A program made the position numbers and the translations under genes. Shown in pieces: positions 48,707 through 62,167 of a stretch of DNA of 64,000 nucleotides. Under the pieces are notes generated by a model that saw nothing but the letters and a program-made list of their open reading frames with translations, was not told the origin of the DNA and did no database searches. Source of the stretch: Lama glama (lineage: Eukaryota); contig CM052816.1 in NCBI GenBank assembly GCA_028534125.1, forward strand, positions 35,404,001 through 35,468,000, in the 5' to 3' direction. How positions within the stretch are numbered: position 1 is the stretch's first letter; each line of letters begins with the position of its first letter.

Positions 48707-50859
48707 GTAAGTGTGAATGACAGTACAATTGTTCTTTCTTTCTTAGCTTACCTACCTCAATTATTAAGCCTTTAAGTATAGATTCTAATAGCTCTGAGTG
48801 ATCGGCCAAATTTGTTATTCCAGATAAACTGGGTTTTCCGGGGTTAAATTTGTTTAGGACGAAAAATGACAGAGGAAGGTGTGTGGTTTATGAGAAGAAC
48901 AGAATGATGAGTTTAACGAAAGGACTAGATGCTCTCTAGTATCTTCCAAAACTAGGATTTCTCAACCCAGTTATCCTAGAGATAATTCAAAACTTTTTCC
49001 CCTAAAATTCTTCTCACTTACAAAATGGACTGGGATAGTCTCAGCTTGCAGGAGTAATATATCGGGAAAAAAATCATTCTCTTAGTCATTCTCAAAGGAT
49101 TGTCCTTACCCTGGCTTGCAGTGGGGAATTAATTCTGTTTCACAGTGAATGTATTTTGGAATTTCTAGATGTGTGGAAGTAAAACTCTGCTCAAGGACAC
49201 ACCAGTTTTCTGGTAGTTGCTTCATAAATTAAGGAAGAGTGATTCTTTATGATTTTCTTGCTCCCTTATTTTATACCTCAGTCTTTTTCACTCATAGTCA
49301 ACCCTTTGTCCCATTACCGAGCCAACTTTAGGAACCTAGGCTTCCTTGGAAAGGTTTACTAGTCTTTTTTTTTTTTTTAACACGGAAAGATTTTCAGTTG
49401 GAAGTTCTTTGTTCTTCCACATTGAGGAGGCCCATTGAGGTTGCTAAATGACTAGAGAGGGAAGTTACATTTGAATTCACTGTGTGCCTGCACTTCTCTG
49501 CTAGATGAATCTGAGTTTATCGGTGTCATGACAAAGTTTATTGTCAGCGTCTTTGCCATCTGCATGGTTTTTGCACTCATGCTGATTGCTTTTCTTAGCT
49601 TCAAATTTCAACCTTCACTTCAAATTGGCAATGCAAAGCTATGAGTCACTGTGGTTTAACAGTTTGAGTAATAGCCCCTCAAATAGGATCTCTGGGTGCT
49701 CTCTGCTTGAGCAGTCTTTCCTTGCCACAGTAGACACGCAGCCTTAGCTCTGTGTAAACTCAGGAACAGGAGGGGATTTTTGAAAAACAGAGAGGTTAGA
49801 TTTAAAATCCTGGCATCTTCTCTTGATTGGGGTTGTGACCTCATAAGGAGTATGTTCTCAGCCTGGTGGTCTGTAAGTCAGTGCTGCTCTGTTGTTGTTT
49901 TGAGTAATCTGACTGAGTTTATTACCAAGTGTTCAATTTAGCACACTGACAGAGCCCCTGGTCTGTCCTAGGCACAGTAGACTTAGGACACTGTGAGAGA
50001 TAAGCTGGAGTCTCTGCCTTGTGTCCATTCAGTTGACCAGGTAAGTTAGAGATCTCTCTAGCTGTTGTCTCTTCTTATTCATGGATGCCTTAGGGACAGT
50101 GAAGTGGTCTAAAGGACTCTGGGAAAGCTGAGCTGTTTGGAGACCCTAGGGGACAAATAAAAAGAATGTATAAGTCAGACTACAGATAATTAACTTTGAA
50201 TCTCTTTTCAAAATGTTTTCCACTATTTCTGGAGCAGGGGAGCAATTATCCAAGTGCTTATATCTGAAAGCTCTAGTGCTCCACATTTATGGTATGCTTG
50301 GGGGTCCAGATTATTCCTGAAGTTACACTACATCAATGTCACTTGCAGTTAAATGATTTTACACGTAACTAGTCAGATCCTGTTATTCTGCATGCAGACA
50401 GTATCTGTCGGAAACATGTGCCATATTCAAAATCAGCCTTTGGCCTTCATAAATCACATATGCACATTTTGATGGGCATGAGTCACTTCTCCAGAATTTT
50501 CAAATATCACAAAGGAATAACATTTTCTTTAAAAATGCACATTTTGAATATACTTTAGCTCTTATTCTGAAAACAGATTTGAAATATGCTCTTTACCCAA
50601 TGGACATTGGTGGGATGGTTTCCAGCATATATATTATTATTTATTCCTTTTTTGTATACTGTTCAAGTCAGAGCTTTGTTGGGCTTCTTCCAATTTTGAC
50701 TGATCCATCTAATTTTCACTTTGGCTTAGTGATTACCTGATCATCCTAGCAACTCTTGCCTTGCATTACACATTCTTTTCTTAATAGCCAATGCCAAAAA
50801 TGCACCTACTCTTGTGTGCACCCAACAAGCCTCATGGATTTTTATTTATTCAACTTCTT

Positions 50860-51125
50860 AAAAACATGAATTATAATTATCCATCTTTTACTAAAGTTGT
50901 CTCAAATTTTACCAGTGGGAGCCCCTTCAAGCTGGTTCCTGTGTTCTTTTAATATACCTCCATTAATCTCTGACTACACATTTGCTTTTTGGCAAAACAG
51001 CTTGTACATTATCTGCCCTACACCTAGAATCAACTATTTCTCCAAGGAGTCTTGATTCTGTTAGTGGAAAATACTATAGAAACCAGAATTTTTCTTTCAG
51101 AAAATCATGACTACATAGTATCTCC
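50860..51125 (-). mobile_element. L1MC5-like fragment
   Basis: 'ccagtgggagccccttcaagctggttcctgtg...cctagaatcaactatttctccaagga'. Confidence 0.7.
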
Positions 51126-51297
51126 AACAGGCCACTTTGGAAAATGCACAGAAAAGCTGATAGAGAAACCCACATAATTTCTCCCAAGTATATCTAAATA
51201 CACATAACAAAAAATCTGGAAGGAATTGTTTGTTGGAAAATTGTTTGTCAGTTTTCCCTAATGTCAGGGAAACTCTTCTCTTCCCCCTTTCTCATCT

Positions 51298-51695
51298 GTG
51301 GTAGTTTCAAAATTTGTCTACAAATTCTTTGACATGCCTCTTTTCAAAAGATGAAATCTAATTCCCCTCTCCTTGAAAGGAAGGATTCACTTCTAACAAA
51401 ATGTGGTGGAAAGAATGCTCTACGACTTCTGCGTGGTCTCTCTCTCAGGACGCTTGCCTCTGGAACCCAGCCACTATGTTGTGAGGAAGCTCAAACCATA
51501 CAGAGAGGCCACATGTGGGTGCTTTGCCACTGCAACCTCCATTAGGTCCTCAGCCAACAGCTAGGATCGACACTGAGACCTCTGAATGAATAAGCCTTCA
51601 GAAGATTTCAGCCCCTGAACATTGCAGAGGAGGAACAAGTCATTCCCACTCACAGAAACCTTAAGAGATAATAAAGGTTTATTGTTGTTTTAGGG
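51298..51695 (+). mobile_element. MaLR LTR, MLT1F/G/H-like
   Basis: 'tgtggtag...caaattctttgaca...ggaacccagccactatgttgtgaggaagc...gagataataaa'. Confidence 0.82.
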
Positions 51696-51859
51696 CAAGT
51701 CTCTTCAGTGAGCCTGAAATGGAAAAACATTTAACTTCCCCCTGAGAGATATGCTTAGACTTTCAGAAACACTGTGTTGACCTCCTTTTCAGAAGTAAGG
51801 ATGAGGGAAAAAGGTGTACCAGTTGGCTTTTTATTTCTTAACAAATTATCATGCCGTTC

Positions 51860-52345
51860 AGTTGATTGTTCATACTCTCCTGGTTGTAAGTTTCAGAAAA
51901 TTCAACCAAAAGTAGCTTATCAAATAAAGGGTTTACTCCTTCACGTATCTGAAAGGTCCAGTGTAGATCTGGCTTCAGAGATGGATGAATTAAGGAAAGG
52001 AAACAATGTCATCAGGACCAGTATGTCTCCAGTTTGCTGTGGCTCTGCAACTTTTCCGTTTCTTCATCCTTAGGTTCCAGATGGTGACAAGACAGCACCA
52101 GTGATTTCAGACCAATAATCTTTCAGGTTTAAGTCTAATAGAAAAAAAAATGTGTCTTTTCCTCAGCAGACCCAGCAAAAAGTTTGATTACATTTCACTG
52201 GCTCTGACTAGATGTGTCCCTCTCCAAACCAATTACCACAAGCTATAGAATGCAAGGCTCTAATTGGCTAGATGAGTCACCTGAAGTGAAACGAGGCACA
52301 TGAAATGAAAATGGAGAAGGAAATCAGGATTTAGTAACCAAAGAA
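51860..52345 (-). mobile_element. Old MaLR LTR (MLT1J/K-like)
   Basis: 'ggttgtaagtttcagaaaattcaac', 'gatctggcttcag', 'tcactggctctgact', 'ccaattacc'. Confidence 0.65.
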
Positions 52346-52399
52346 GGATAGATATGGGGTAAGAATAATTGTACAACAAAGTTAAGTTACACATAGCAT

Positions 52400-54005
52400 A
52401 GGGATACGCTAAATTTTTCTAGTACACAAGAACAAAGCACCTTTTGGAATTTCTTCCCTCCTACCTCCTCCACCCAATGAACAAGTACAAAGAGTATACT
52501 GTTCAAAGAAGTGGTTTGGCAATTTCATTTTTCCAAAGAAAACATTTCCCATCAACTTTTAAAGCTATTTATATAAAGTGTTATTTACTACTTCTACTTT
52601 CAAATACATCAAGCACATCTAAATATCTAGAAATACTAGATATTTCATGTAAGAACTTACTTGTTCACCATGTACCAGTACTGCCAAATGAAATCGCATG
52701 CACATAACAATGATTATGATCTGAGATATCTTCTAAATACGACCATTTTGGCCTTGAACCATTCTCTCCTCATTTTCTTTTCTCTACCATCAATCCAGAG
52801 GACAAGTACAGGCACGTGTAATGCTTAGAGGTGGTTGAACAAATTCATATCTGAAAGCCATTTACAGAAGATAAGCTTTCCTATGCATTTCAAAGTTAAG
52901 TGTACAAAAGGTGCTAATATTACTAACTATTATATACTCGCAACTTCTTTAACGTCTAGAGACTAGGTGTTACAAAATTAGGACTCATTTTCCAAATATG
53001 AACACACTAGCCTATTATCTTTTGCAGTTCTCTCCCTCCCACTTCCTCAAGACCAATGAACAGGTATAGATAATAGTATACAGCTCACAGAGGTGACATA
53101 ACAATTCTATTCCCAAAAGACAGTATTTCCTAGGAACTTCAGCAAAACAATACTTATGAAGTGGTATTTTACTACCTCTACATTTTACATATGCCAGGCA
53201 CTTCTAAATATCTAGATAGACGAGATGTTTCAAATAAGGAGAAGTTAATTTCTCCACTATATACATAACAGTCTTGAAAAAACTGCACATATGTAACAAC
53301 AGTCATAATCTGAAAGTGTCTTCAAAACGTGAGTACTCTGGCCTAAAATCCTCTCCCTCTTCTATCAATTCAGTGGGCTACAATGATCAAATTTTCAGAA
53401 GATAATTTTTCCCAGGAATTTTTTTGCACAAATCTATAAAATTCACCAGTTTACTAACTCTGCTTTTGTCATATACTGCAGCCTCTTTAACATCTAAAAG
53501 GACTAGGTGTTGTAAATTAGGACTCATTTGTCCACAATGTACACTACATACATAGCAAAGTAAAACAGAATGCAGGAACACAAGAGACAATGGTTAATTC
53601 TTGCCTCAGTATAAACACACTGGCAGAGGGCTCTCTTCACTTTCCCCTCCTCTGCCCTCCCTGTGTACTGCTTGAAGAGGTGCTTTGTCTATTCCTCCCA
53701 AAATACATTTCATATGAATTTTAACAAAAACATATTTACAAAATGTGATATATTACTACTTCTACTTTCAACACCTATCAGGTACTTCAGAACATCTAGA
53801 AAGATTAGATATTCAGAAAAGCACTTGGAATTGTCAAGTATACATGCAGTCAGGAAGAACAAAATGCATATACGAATAATTATTCGTATAATTATAATAT
53901 AAAAATTATAATATAAAATAATTATAATAATATAAAAATGTCCTCTAAATCTGACCAGTCTGGCATAGACTCTTTTTCTCTCCTTCTCACGGAACCAACA
54001 TGAAC
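52400..54005. repeat. Degenerate tandem repeat, ~3 x ~585-bp units
   Basis: Anchor tactac(t/c)tctac at 52586, 53170 and 53754; several other co-linear anchors. Confidence 0.85.
53888..53938. repeat. AT-rich minisatellite (~attataatataaaa x3)
   Basis: Direct inspection. Confidence 0.85.
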
Positions 54006-55914
54006 ATTCTAACTCTCCTCTGTCCTACCACTCCTTGATTCTAGTCTTAGCATGTAACCTGCTTGTGACAGATGTCATCAAGTATCAGAGCACTGCCTGG
54101 TTTTGTTCTTGGTACCCCTTCCCCATTCTTGGCCTTTGTTTTGTGCTCTCACATTAACCTCCTGGCCCTACCATGAGGCTTCGCTGTTTTGGTTTCAAGC
54201 TAAATCCCAACATTTGATATAACAGCACAATAGAAATCTCTACAGACTTTAAATTTCCCTAAGTCTCAGACCATATGCTCGTTTAGTTTGTTTTTCACAA
54301 GTTGAAGCTGAATTCTGGTATAAATATAGAATTGAGTTACTCCTTGAAGGCCACCTAATTGGTTTTGACTTGAGGATTCCTATTATAAAACTCAATCAAC
54401 CAGACCTTTCAGTCTCTGAAAGTCTTAACCATAAAGGAGAATGAGAGGAAGCTAGAAATGTAAATTCAGTGACACTTGTTATTTCCACAGCAAGAAAATT
54501 GAAAAGCAATCTGAAAAATTGGAAATTTCTTATCTTCATCACACAGTCTTATCTCCTAAGAATTTGTGTATATGGCTAAATTTTTAATTTGCAACATCAT
54601 ATACCTCAATTTATCAGAGCTTATTTGAAAGAAAGGAGTGGCATAATATTAGTTTTCAGTTATTTATAATGAAGTAATTTCTATATTAAGATTTTATAAG
54701 TCAAAAAAAGCAAGGCTTTTTTTCCCTTTTTTATGTTAGTGCTGTAATCATACTTAACAAAAAATTTTCTCATCCTCCCCATTTTTTTTGAGTTCTTTAC
54801 TGGATTGATCATAGGATGTTTTATCATACATACAAAAATAGCTAGTTAAGGAGCCTATTATGTATAATCATAAGTGGTATGATATTTTAAAAAATACCTA
54901 TCTACTTCTGAACTGCAAATCTGCCTTGCCCAGCACAGTGGTACAAATATGATGATGGGTCTATAGTGGAAAAAGGCTCCAATTTACATGCATTATTCTT
55001 TAGGAATTGCACAAATTGCACAAATACAAAAATGTATTTAAAATGACTTACTTTTCTTTGTAGTTATATTTTAAAAATACATATTATCCCCAGAAGTTTT
55101 GTGCACAAATCATTTTAATTATTAAATGTTTGCTGTCAGAAGACTGTTCCTCCATCTGCTATGCTCAGGAAACAAAGGAGCTTTGAATTAGATAAACTGA
55201 GGCTTTGGAGCTTTCCATTCAAACTGTGTAAAATTCTACAAAATTTGCAAGATTAACAAAAAGAAAGGCATTTTTATACACTGATCAATTGCCTGATTTT
55301 TTATGCCTCATGAAAATAGAAAATGGGTTCAACCCTAGAGAGACTGAAAGAGAGTGACCTCTTTCATTTATTGGTTAGCAAAACCAAAAGATTCCAAAAT
55401 GGATGCAATTCTACGTGTCTGACAACCACATGCACATTCAAGATCTATTATTATTATTGTTATTATTATTGCTGATCCATTCTGGTCAGTCTTTTCTATT
55501 AATGTCTACTGATTACCCCCTTTTTGCTCTCCACGTGTTGGTTCTCCATAAAGTGGAACACGTATTGGTCCCCATTCCATGGGGCTCACAAGGGCAATAG
55601 CTCGGCCGATGACTGCCATGCTGTGCAGAAAATCTAGCCACTCTTGAAGTTTGGTGGGATGTAACATTCAGGTCTGAGTAGGCCTTTTGTTTCGATACTC
55701 TCTATACCTGATATGTTATTTGGTGGATCCAATAATTCCATAAACGTCATAAAGGTTAGACAGAGGCCATAAATATGTGTCTTATTTGATCATTATACAT
55801 TTTTGGATGTAAGTGTCAGAGAGGAATTGTATGAGAAAGATGAGTGGCCTCTCCTGGTGAGTCTGTTTCTTCTCTTTCTCCATTTTGGTTAGCATGGAAA
55901 GGAATTTGGAAGAT

Positions 55915-56380
55915 ATTGCTAATTATCCCTTAGATTCATTCTCCATTGTTTCTTTTACTTTAAAAAATGCCCTAAGTTTTAGCTTGGCACATCACTGACC
56001 AGCTGGAGATTACATTTCTCAGCTTGTTTTATAGCTACATGAGGCCAAATGGGATTCAGGTCATGGGAAGAGAGCGTAAGTGTGGGAACTTCTGTTCATG
56101 TCCATAAAGAGGTGCTCCTTCCCTAGGGCTCCCTCTTTCCTACTTCCCACCATCAGGGGAAATGACAACAAATAGTAGAGATGGAAGCTGCATGTCAAGA
56201 ATGGGTGGACCAACCCTGCAGCCTGGTCTTTGGATGAGCATGTAGACCAGAGCCATCCCTTAAGTCACACAGATTGCTTACTTCTGGGCTGTTACATGAA
56301 AAGGAAAGAGACTTGAAATTTAAGCCACATTACTCTGGGGTGTCTTCATTACCTCAGCTTAGCCTGTGTCCTAACTAATG
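55915..56380 (+). mobile_element. Old MaLR/ERVL LTR (MLT1I/J or LTR33-like)
   Basis: 'gattacatttctcagc...gctacatgaggcca', 'ctgggctgttacatga', 'tttaagccac', terminal 'cctaactaat'. Confidence 0.65.
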
Positions 56381-57920
56381 GAACAATATAAAAAATCTTA
56401 ACTGCTGTAAGATCCAGCATAATCATTACCATTTTCATTGTCCTAATGACATAATATGATCACCTGACGTATATCCACTAATAAATCGCTCATGTCAAGA
56501 TTACCATATTTAAAAATCAGCAACAACATACAACATAATAAGTACAATACAACACACGGTGAAGGTTACAATGATAACAGTAAATACACATCCTGAGCAG
56601 CACTTTTGTTTTGAGTAGTGTGCACATGTAGACTTCACATTTCTTCACCAGAGACTGGAGTATCAGACAAGGGGTGACATGCCTACAGATCCTTTGGAAA
56701 AAGCAAGAGTGTAATTGAGAAATGGGAATGGAGAGATGTAGCTTAAGTATGGAACCACAAGTTGTATTGTTCTTGGAAACACATTTGCTGCTAAGTAACT
56801 AGTACTAAAATATATTTTGAAACTAAAATTGACAGTTTCAGTAAAACTTTAGGGCAAATATATCACCCACAGAGGGCAAAAATGCAGAGGAATAACATGC
56901 ATCATCCAATTTGTGCCTTTAGGTAAAATCCATCACTTGTTCAGACTGCCATGGAACAGACTTGTTTTTCGCCACTCTCCCCTTTTATCCTCGAGAGAAG
57001 GCTGGCTCAGCAGAGATTCAGGGTAGCTGCAGGCTGACAGGAAATCCTGGCAGCAAAGCTGTCTTTAGGTTTCTGTGTGTTATTAGAATTCTATGTCCAA
57101 GGATTTTTAATGCACTAATGGAATATATTAGAATACTTGTATTATTCACTAGTCCTGCTTAGCTACACACTAAAGAGTTTTTTCTAGATTCCAGGGCAAT
57201 GTCTCTGGGTCTTAGAAGTTTTGTAAACCTGAGTGCTCCTTTGTACATTCCGTAAAAGAGGCCAATGTGGGCATTTCTCCTTGGAAGAGAAAACAGCCTC
57301 CAGCATCTGAGACCTTCCTGCCACAAATTTACCCTCTCCTGAGAAGCTCAAATCTCCTCGCCAAATGTGTGGATGTGTACAGACAATCTTGCCTTTCATG
57401 CCTGAATACATGGGGCATGTACTGTTGAAAATCTCTGAAAAATAGACTTAATTAATACAAAAATATGCCTGAAAGCACTCATATAGAGACAAATCAAATG
57501 ACTCTTTAACTTTACAAAGCTCAGTAAACTGATTGTTCCTTACTCACAAATCTTGAAAACACGTTACTCATTTAAGCTCACATTTATAATTCACTTTAAT
57601 GAATTATCATATCCCAGGGAGGTCACTGAAATTAGCACTACTGTGACCCCTCTACTGTGTGTCTTATCAATTATTCAATGCCTTAAGTCATTCTAGAGGG
57701 CAAGGCATTGTGACAGTTCCCTGCAAGGTGAATGCCTTCACCATTTTCACCATAAAACCAAATGTTATGATATGTTAGATGTTGAGTTGAATATAAAGAA
57801 TAGTGACAACCGGTCATTGCTTTTATGAAATCTAGAAGCTAGCTGAGGAGCAAACACAATTATGACAGGTTTAACACTTTTTCAGATATTGCAAGGCCAA
57901 ATGTAATTAGCTACTAAGTA

Positions 57921-58967
57921 GAATGGTATAACAATGGAATAGAGTCTCTTCAGCAAATGGTGTTGGGAAAACTGGACAGCAGCATGTAAATCAAAGAAGC
58001 TAGAACACTCCCTTACACCACACAAAAATAAACTCAAAATGGATCAAAGACTTAAACATATGACAAGATATAATAAACCTCCTAGAAGAAAATATAGGCA
58101 AAACATTATCTCACATACATGTCAAAAATGATCTCCTAGAACAGTCTACCCAAGCAATAGAAACAAAAGCAAGAATAAACAAATGGGACCTAATTAAACT
58201 TACAAGCTTCTGCATAGCAAAGGAAAACATAAGTAAAACAAAATGACAACCTACAGAATGGGAGAAAATTTTTGCAAAGGCTTGCAAGGCTTATCTCCAG
58301 AATGTATAAGCAGCTCAAATGACTTAATAAGAAAAAAAAACAAACAACCCAATCCAAAAATGGGCAAAAGACCTAAACAAGCAATTCTCCAAGGAAGAAA
58401 TACAAATGATCAATAGGCACATTAAAAAAATGCTCAATATCACTTATTATCAGAGAAATGCAAATCAAAACTACAATGAGGTATCACCTCACACTAGTCA
58501 GAACTGCCATCATTCAAAAGTCCACAAATGACAAATGCTGGAGAGGCTGTGGAGAAAACGGGACCCTCCTACACTGCTGGTGGGAATGCAGTTTGGTGCA
58601 GCCACTGTGGAAAACAGTATGGAGATTCCTCAGAAGACTAGGAATAGACTTACCATATGACCCAGGAATCCCGCTCCTGGGCATATATCCAAAAGGAACC
58701 CTACTTCAAAATGACACCTGCACCCCAATGTTCATGGTAGCACTATTTACAATAGCCAAGACATGGAAACAGCCTAAATGTCCATCAACAGATGGCTGGA
58801 TAAAGAAGAAGTGGTATATTTATACAATGGAATGCTATTCAGCCATAAAAACCGATAACATAACACCATTTGCAGTAACATGGATGTTCCTGGAGAATGT
58901 CATTCTAAGTGAAGTAAGCCAGAAAGAGAAAGAAAAATACCATATGAGATTGCTCATACGTGGAATC
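57921..58967 (+). mobile_element. 5'-truncated young camelid-type L1, ORF2 C-terminal region; runs into an assembly gap
   Basis: High similarity to 39660-40720; ORF 58458-58967 is open with the CCHC knuckle [18 protein letters not shown]; upstream part has stops/indels. Confidence 0.93.
58458..58967 (+). pseudogene. L1 ORF2p C-terminal fragment (no EN/RT domains)
   Basis: [12 protein letters not shown]...[15 protein letters not shown]...KQPKCPS...[17 protein letters not shown]. Confidence 0.9.
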
Positions 58968-59067
58968 NNNNNNNNNNNNNNNNNNNNNNNNNNNNNNNNN
59001 NNNNNNNNNNNNNNNNNNNNNNNNNNNNNNNNNNNNNNNNNNNNNNNNNNNNNNNNNNNNNNNNNNN
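58968..59067. other. Assembly gap (100 N)
   Basis: Run of exactly 100 N. Confidence 0.99.
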
Positions 59068-59119
59068 AAAATGTTTAAAAAAAAAGAATGAGTGATATAA
59101 AAATGTAGTCAAAACTCTT

Positions 59120-59305
59120 AACAGTGTGCCCAGCCCTGGACCACAGACTTTCCACTTATTTTCTCACCCAATCTTCTCCACAACCTCTGAGCTATTATCC
59201 CCATTTGGGGAAACTGAAATTTAGAGAGATAAAGTAATTTGATAAAATGCATGTAACTAGTAAGTGAGGGGTCTAGGTCTGAAATCCAGTCCTGTCTCCT
59301 CCAGT
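59120..59305 (-). mobile_element. MIR SINE
   Basis: 'tattatccccattt...ggaaactgaa...agagataaagtaattt...actagtaagtg...tgaaatccag'. Confidence 0.8.
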
Positions 59306-60334
59306 GACTTGAGATTTTGTGGGGAGAAGTGACATGACTTAAGCAGAGTCTTGAAGGAAGTTTTGGTTGAGGGAAGAACAAAGGCCTTCTGAGTTCAGGT
59401 CTGAAGGAACAAAGGACTGGAAGGTGGAGCCTGAAGCTTGCCTACCTGCCCAGGAAATGCCCTCAGTCATGGGGGTGATTACTTCTTTTTGTTATAACAT
59501 ACAGAGAGCTAAGCAGTTGGCTGTCTTTCTATACCCACTTTCTAATTGTGTGAGTTAGTTTTGGGTACAGAAAAACGTGCACTATATAATTCAAATAAAA
59601 AGCTCTCAGTTTCTTTATGTAGAAGGGCATCTGGATATTAGCATTTCCAATTGTGCCTTGGAGCCAGGAAGTACATAAACATATCAGAAAGCTGATTTTT
59701 CATCGTGTTCTTGAGCAGATCATTGCAATGGAAACTTTAGTCCAATTAGGGCTCATGCCTCAGACCTAAGGTTCCAATAAAGCCACTAAATTTGTAAAGA
59801 AGATTCTGTTTTAAACCTGCTGGAAATTTCAAGCTGGTATCTCCCAGGGTTTCTAAGATACAGTTGTCTTCAAATTGGCCCTTTGTGTTGTGCCCTAGGG
59901 CAGCACAGCAGTGTTGCAATTGTGTCTAATTAACCTCCTGCTAAACACAAAATGTCAGAAAGGCGAATCACCAAACTAGAGCTAGATGCTGGGTTGTTAT
60001 TTTCAACAGGGATAGAACTAGCTGTTTCAGTTTTTGAGGAAACTACTCTGAAATCTGGCAGGATATTAGCACTTTTGTATTAGGATATTTGCAGGTCAAA
60101 GATGTGATTTGAGTAAGTCTTAACTTTGATGAGGTCACATTTAAAAACCAGTAGCTGAGAAAGACAAAATTATAGTGGAATATTGATTTTAGGGAGGGGA
60201 AGATTTTTTTTAAAAACAAGTTTGCTTCCAGGCAAAATGCTGTTCTCGGCATAACTCAAGGTGACTAGCATAGCTGGATTTTTTTTCTTTGTTTGAAAAT
60301 GTGGTAGCCAGGTGGGGAGAGCAAAAGACTGCAG

Positions 60335-61150
60335 TATAATTCAGTTGGGATAGACTAAACTGTGCTGTAGTAGTAACACCAAAATTATAGTGGCTTTAAA
60401 TAACAGAGCTTTATTTTTCAGTCAGACTACGTGTTCATTGGGTCAGCTAGGACCTAGGTGGGAGGTTACATCCCTGTGCTGCCACAATTACCAACTAGTT
60501 TTCTATTGCTGTGTATCAAATTACCACAAACTTAGCAACTCGAAACAACACACACTATTATCTCACACATTCTGTGGACCAGAAATCTAGGCATAGCTTA
60601 GCTGGGTCCTTAGCTTTATGATCTCTCGTAGGGATTCAATCAAGGTGTTAGTCAGAGCTGGGAGTCTCATTTAAAGGCCTGCCTGGGGAAGGATCCACTT
60701 CCAAGCTCATGTGGTTGCTGGCAAGAATCAGTACCTTGCAGATTGTTGGGATGTGAACCTCACCACAGGACAACTAAAACACAACAGCTTGCTTCAATAA
60801 AGCCAGCAAGGAAAAGAATGTGCTTGCAAGACAGAACTTACAAACTTATGTGATATAATAATGGAAGTAACATCCTATCACTTTTGCCATATTCTATTGG
60901 TTAGTATCAAGTCACCAGACCAGCTCACACCTGAGGGGACTGCACAAGGACATGAATTCCAAGATGCAGGGGTTGTTTGGAACCACCTACCAAGACAGAA
61001 AAAAGTGAACATGAAGGGCTATGTACTGGCTCTAAAAAACACATCACTTCCACTTTCTTACCCATACCAAGTCATATGGCCATACCTGTCTTGGGAGAGG
61101 GGAGATGCAATTCTACGTATGCCTGGAGAGAGGAGAAACAGAATATTTGC
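60335..61150 (-). mobile_element. Old MLT1 (H/I/J-like) LTR interrupted by an MLT1D/E-like LTR at ~60495-60992
   Basis: Outer: 'ctgtgctgtagtagtaac...gtggctttaa' and 'acatcacttccact...caagtcatatggcc'; inner: 'ttttctattgctg...attaccacaaacttagc...ggatccacttccaagctca...ccatattctattggttag'. Confidence 0.75.
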
Positions 61151-61290
61151 CAAAGCCCCAGTGAAAACCATATTTTGTCTATGAAATCAGATTATTTTGG
61201 GCTCTGTAGAGGGATTCACCAGTTACCAACAGATCAGTGCATAAAATAATAGGTTAAAAATTAACCAAATAAATTATACCATTATACAAT

Positions 61291-61689
61291 TGTGTTAGCT
61301 TGGGTCCCCCTAGAAGCAACCCTGAGACAAGAAATTGAGTAGAAGTAGTTTATTTTAGAAGTGACCATAGGGTTAAGGATGTGAGAGAGGAAGGAAAGAA
61401 AGCTAAAAAAGAGTATGTGGTAACAGTTGCTACCTTGGACAATTGGGGCTCAAACCCTCTGGGAGTCAGTCACCTCACCTGCAGGGTAAGTAAAACAGGG
61501 TATTTCCCATTAACTCCTGTCTGTCGTTGACTTGAGGGCGGTTCCCAGCAGCATTAAATATCCTGCCCTTGATGGGGCTGAAAGAAAGCACTAAGACAGA
61601 GTTTTGCGTGTTTATGATATCTAAGTCTACCAGCATGGTGAGTGCTGAAGTTTTTTATGGGCGGGCTGAATCCAACAGCATCAGCTACA
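61291..61689 (-). mobile_element. ERVL solo LTR, LTR16-like
   Basis: tgtgttag...cagcatcagctaca termini; TSD acaat/accat; 'agaagcaaccctgagacaag...agtagtttatttt'. Confidence 0.8.
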
Positions 61690-62167
61690 ACCATTAAACT
61701 TGTCCTATGTGTGAACTGAAAGTCAAGGGAACTGGATTTCAGAATCAGGTTTTTGTACTAAGTGATTTGGTATCTATGCCATTGAAATCCTGTGTTTTTC
61801 TCCTGCCCTGAGCTCAACTCCTAAGTGTGTCTGAAAAAAAATAAGATGCAAACTCTAAGCTTCTTAGTTATAGATAATCAATTCAGCTTCTTCTTAACAG
61901 TTATTACTAATAGTAATACATAATAATAATAATGAGTCTGAAAGGCCATGCTTGCTTTTATAATATTACCAGAGGATTGCAGGGGAAGGGGAAGGGGAAA
62001 GGGGCAGTTCATTATCATTACCAACAACTTTCCTAACTTCTTATCCACAGACTGAAGGGCTATCGAAACAGTAGTGTCAGAGGCATCAGAGGCTGGGGAA
62101 CCCTGGAGGTTGTGGAGACACAGGAACAGGAAGATAACCTCATGACCTCTGGTCTCTTTTGTCCCCG

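Noticed and set aside
2665..50456. CATAAATCA occurring three times (2665, 30130, 50448) as a window-wide signal
   Set aside because: About one copy is expected by chance in 64 kb of AT-rich DNA on two strands; three is not compelling
52400..54005. CRISPR-like repeat-spacer array
   Set aside because: Eukaryotic context; whole units are homologous, long and degenerate; no unique spacers or cas genes
56865..56882. CTCF-like CCCACAGAGGGCA (similar partial matches at ~8563 and ~53620)
   Set aside because: Two or more mismatches in the 5' half of the core; expected by chance
58458..59078. 206-aa ORF as a host gene
   Set aside because: It is the L1 ORF2 C-terminus, artificially extended through Ns
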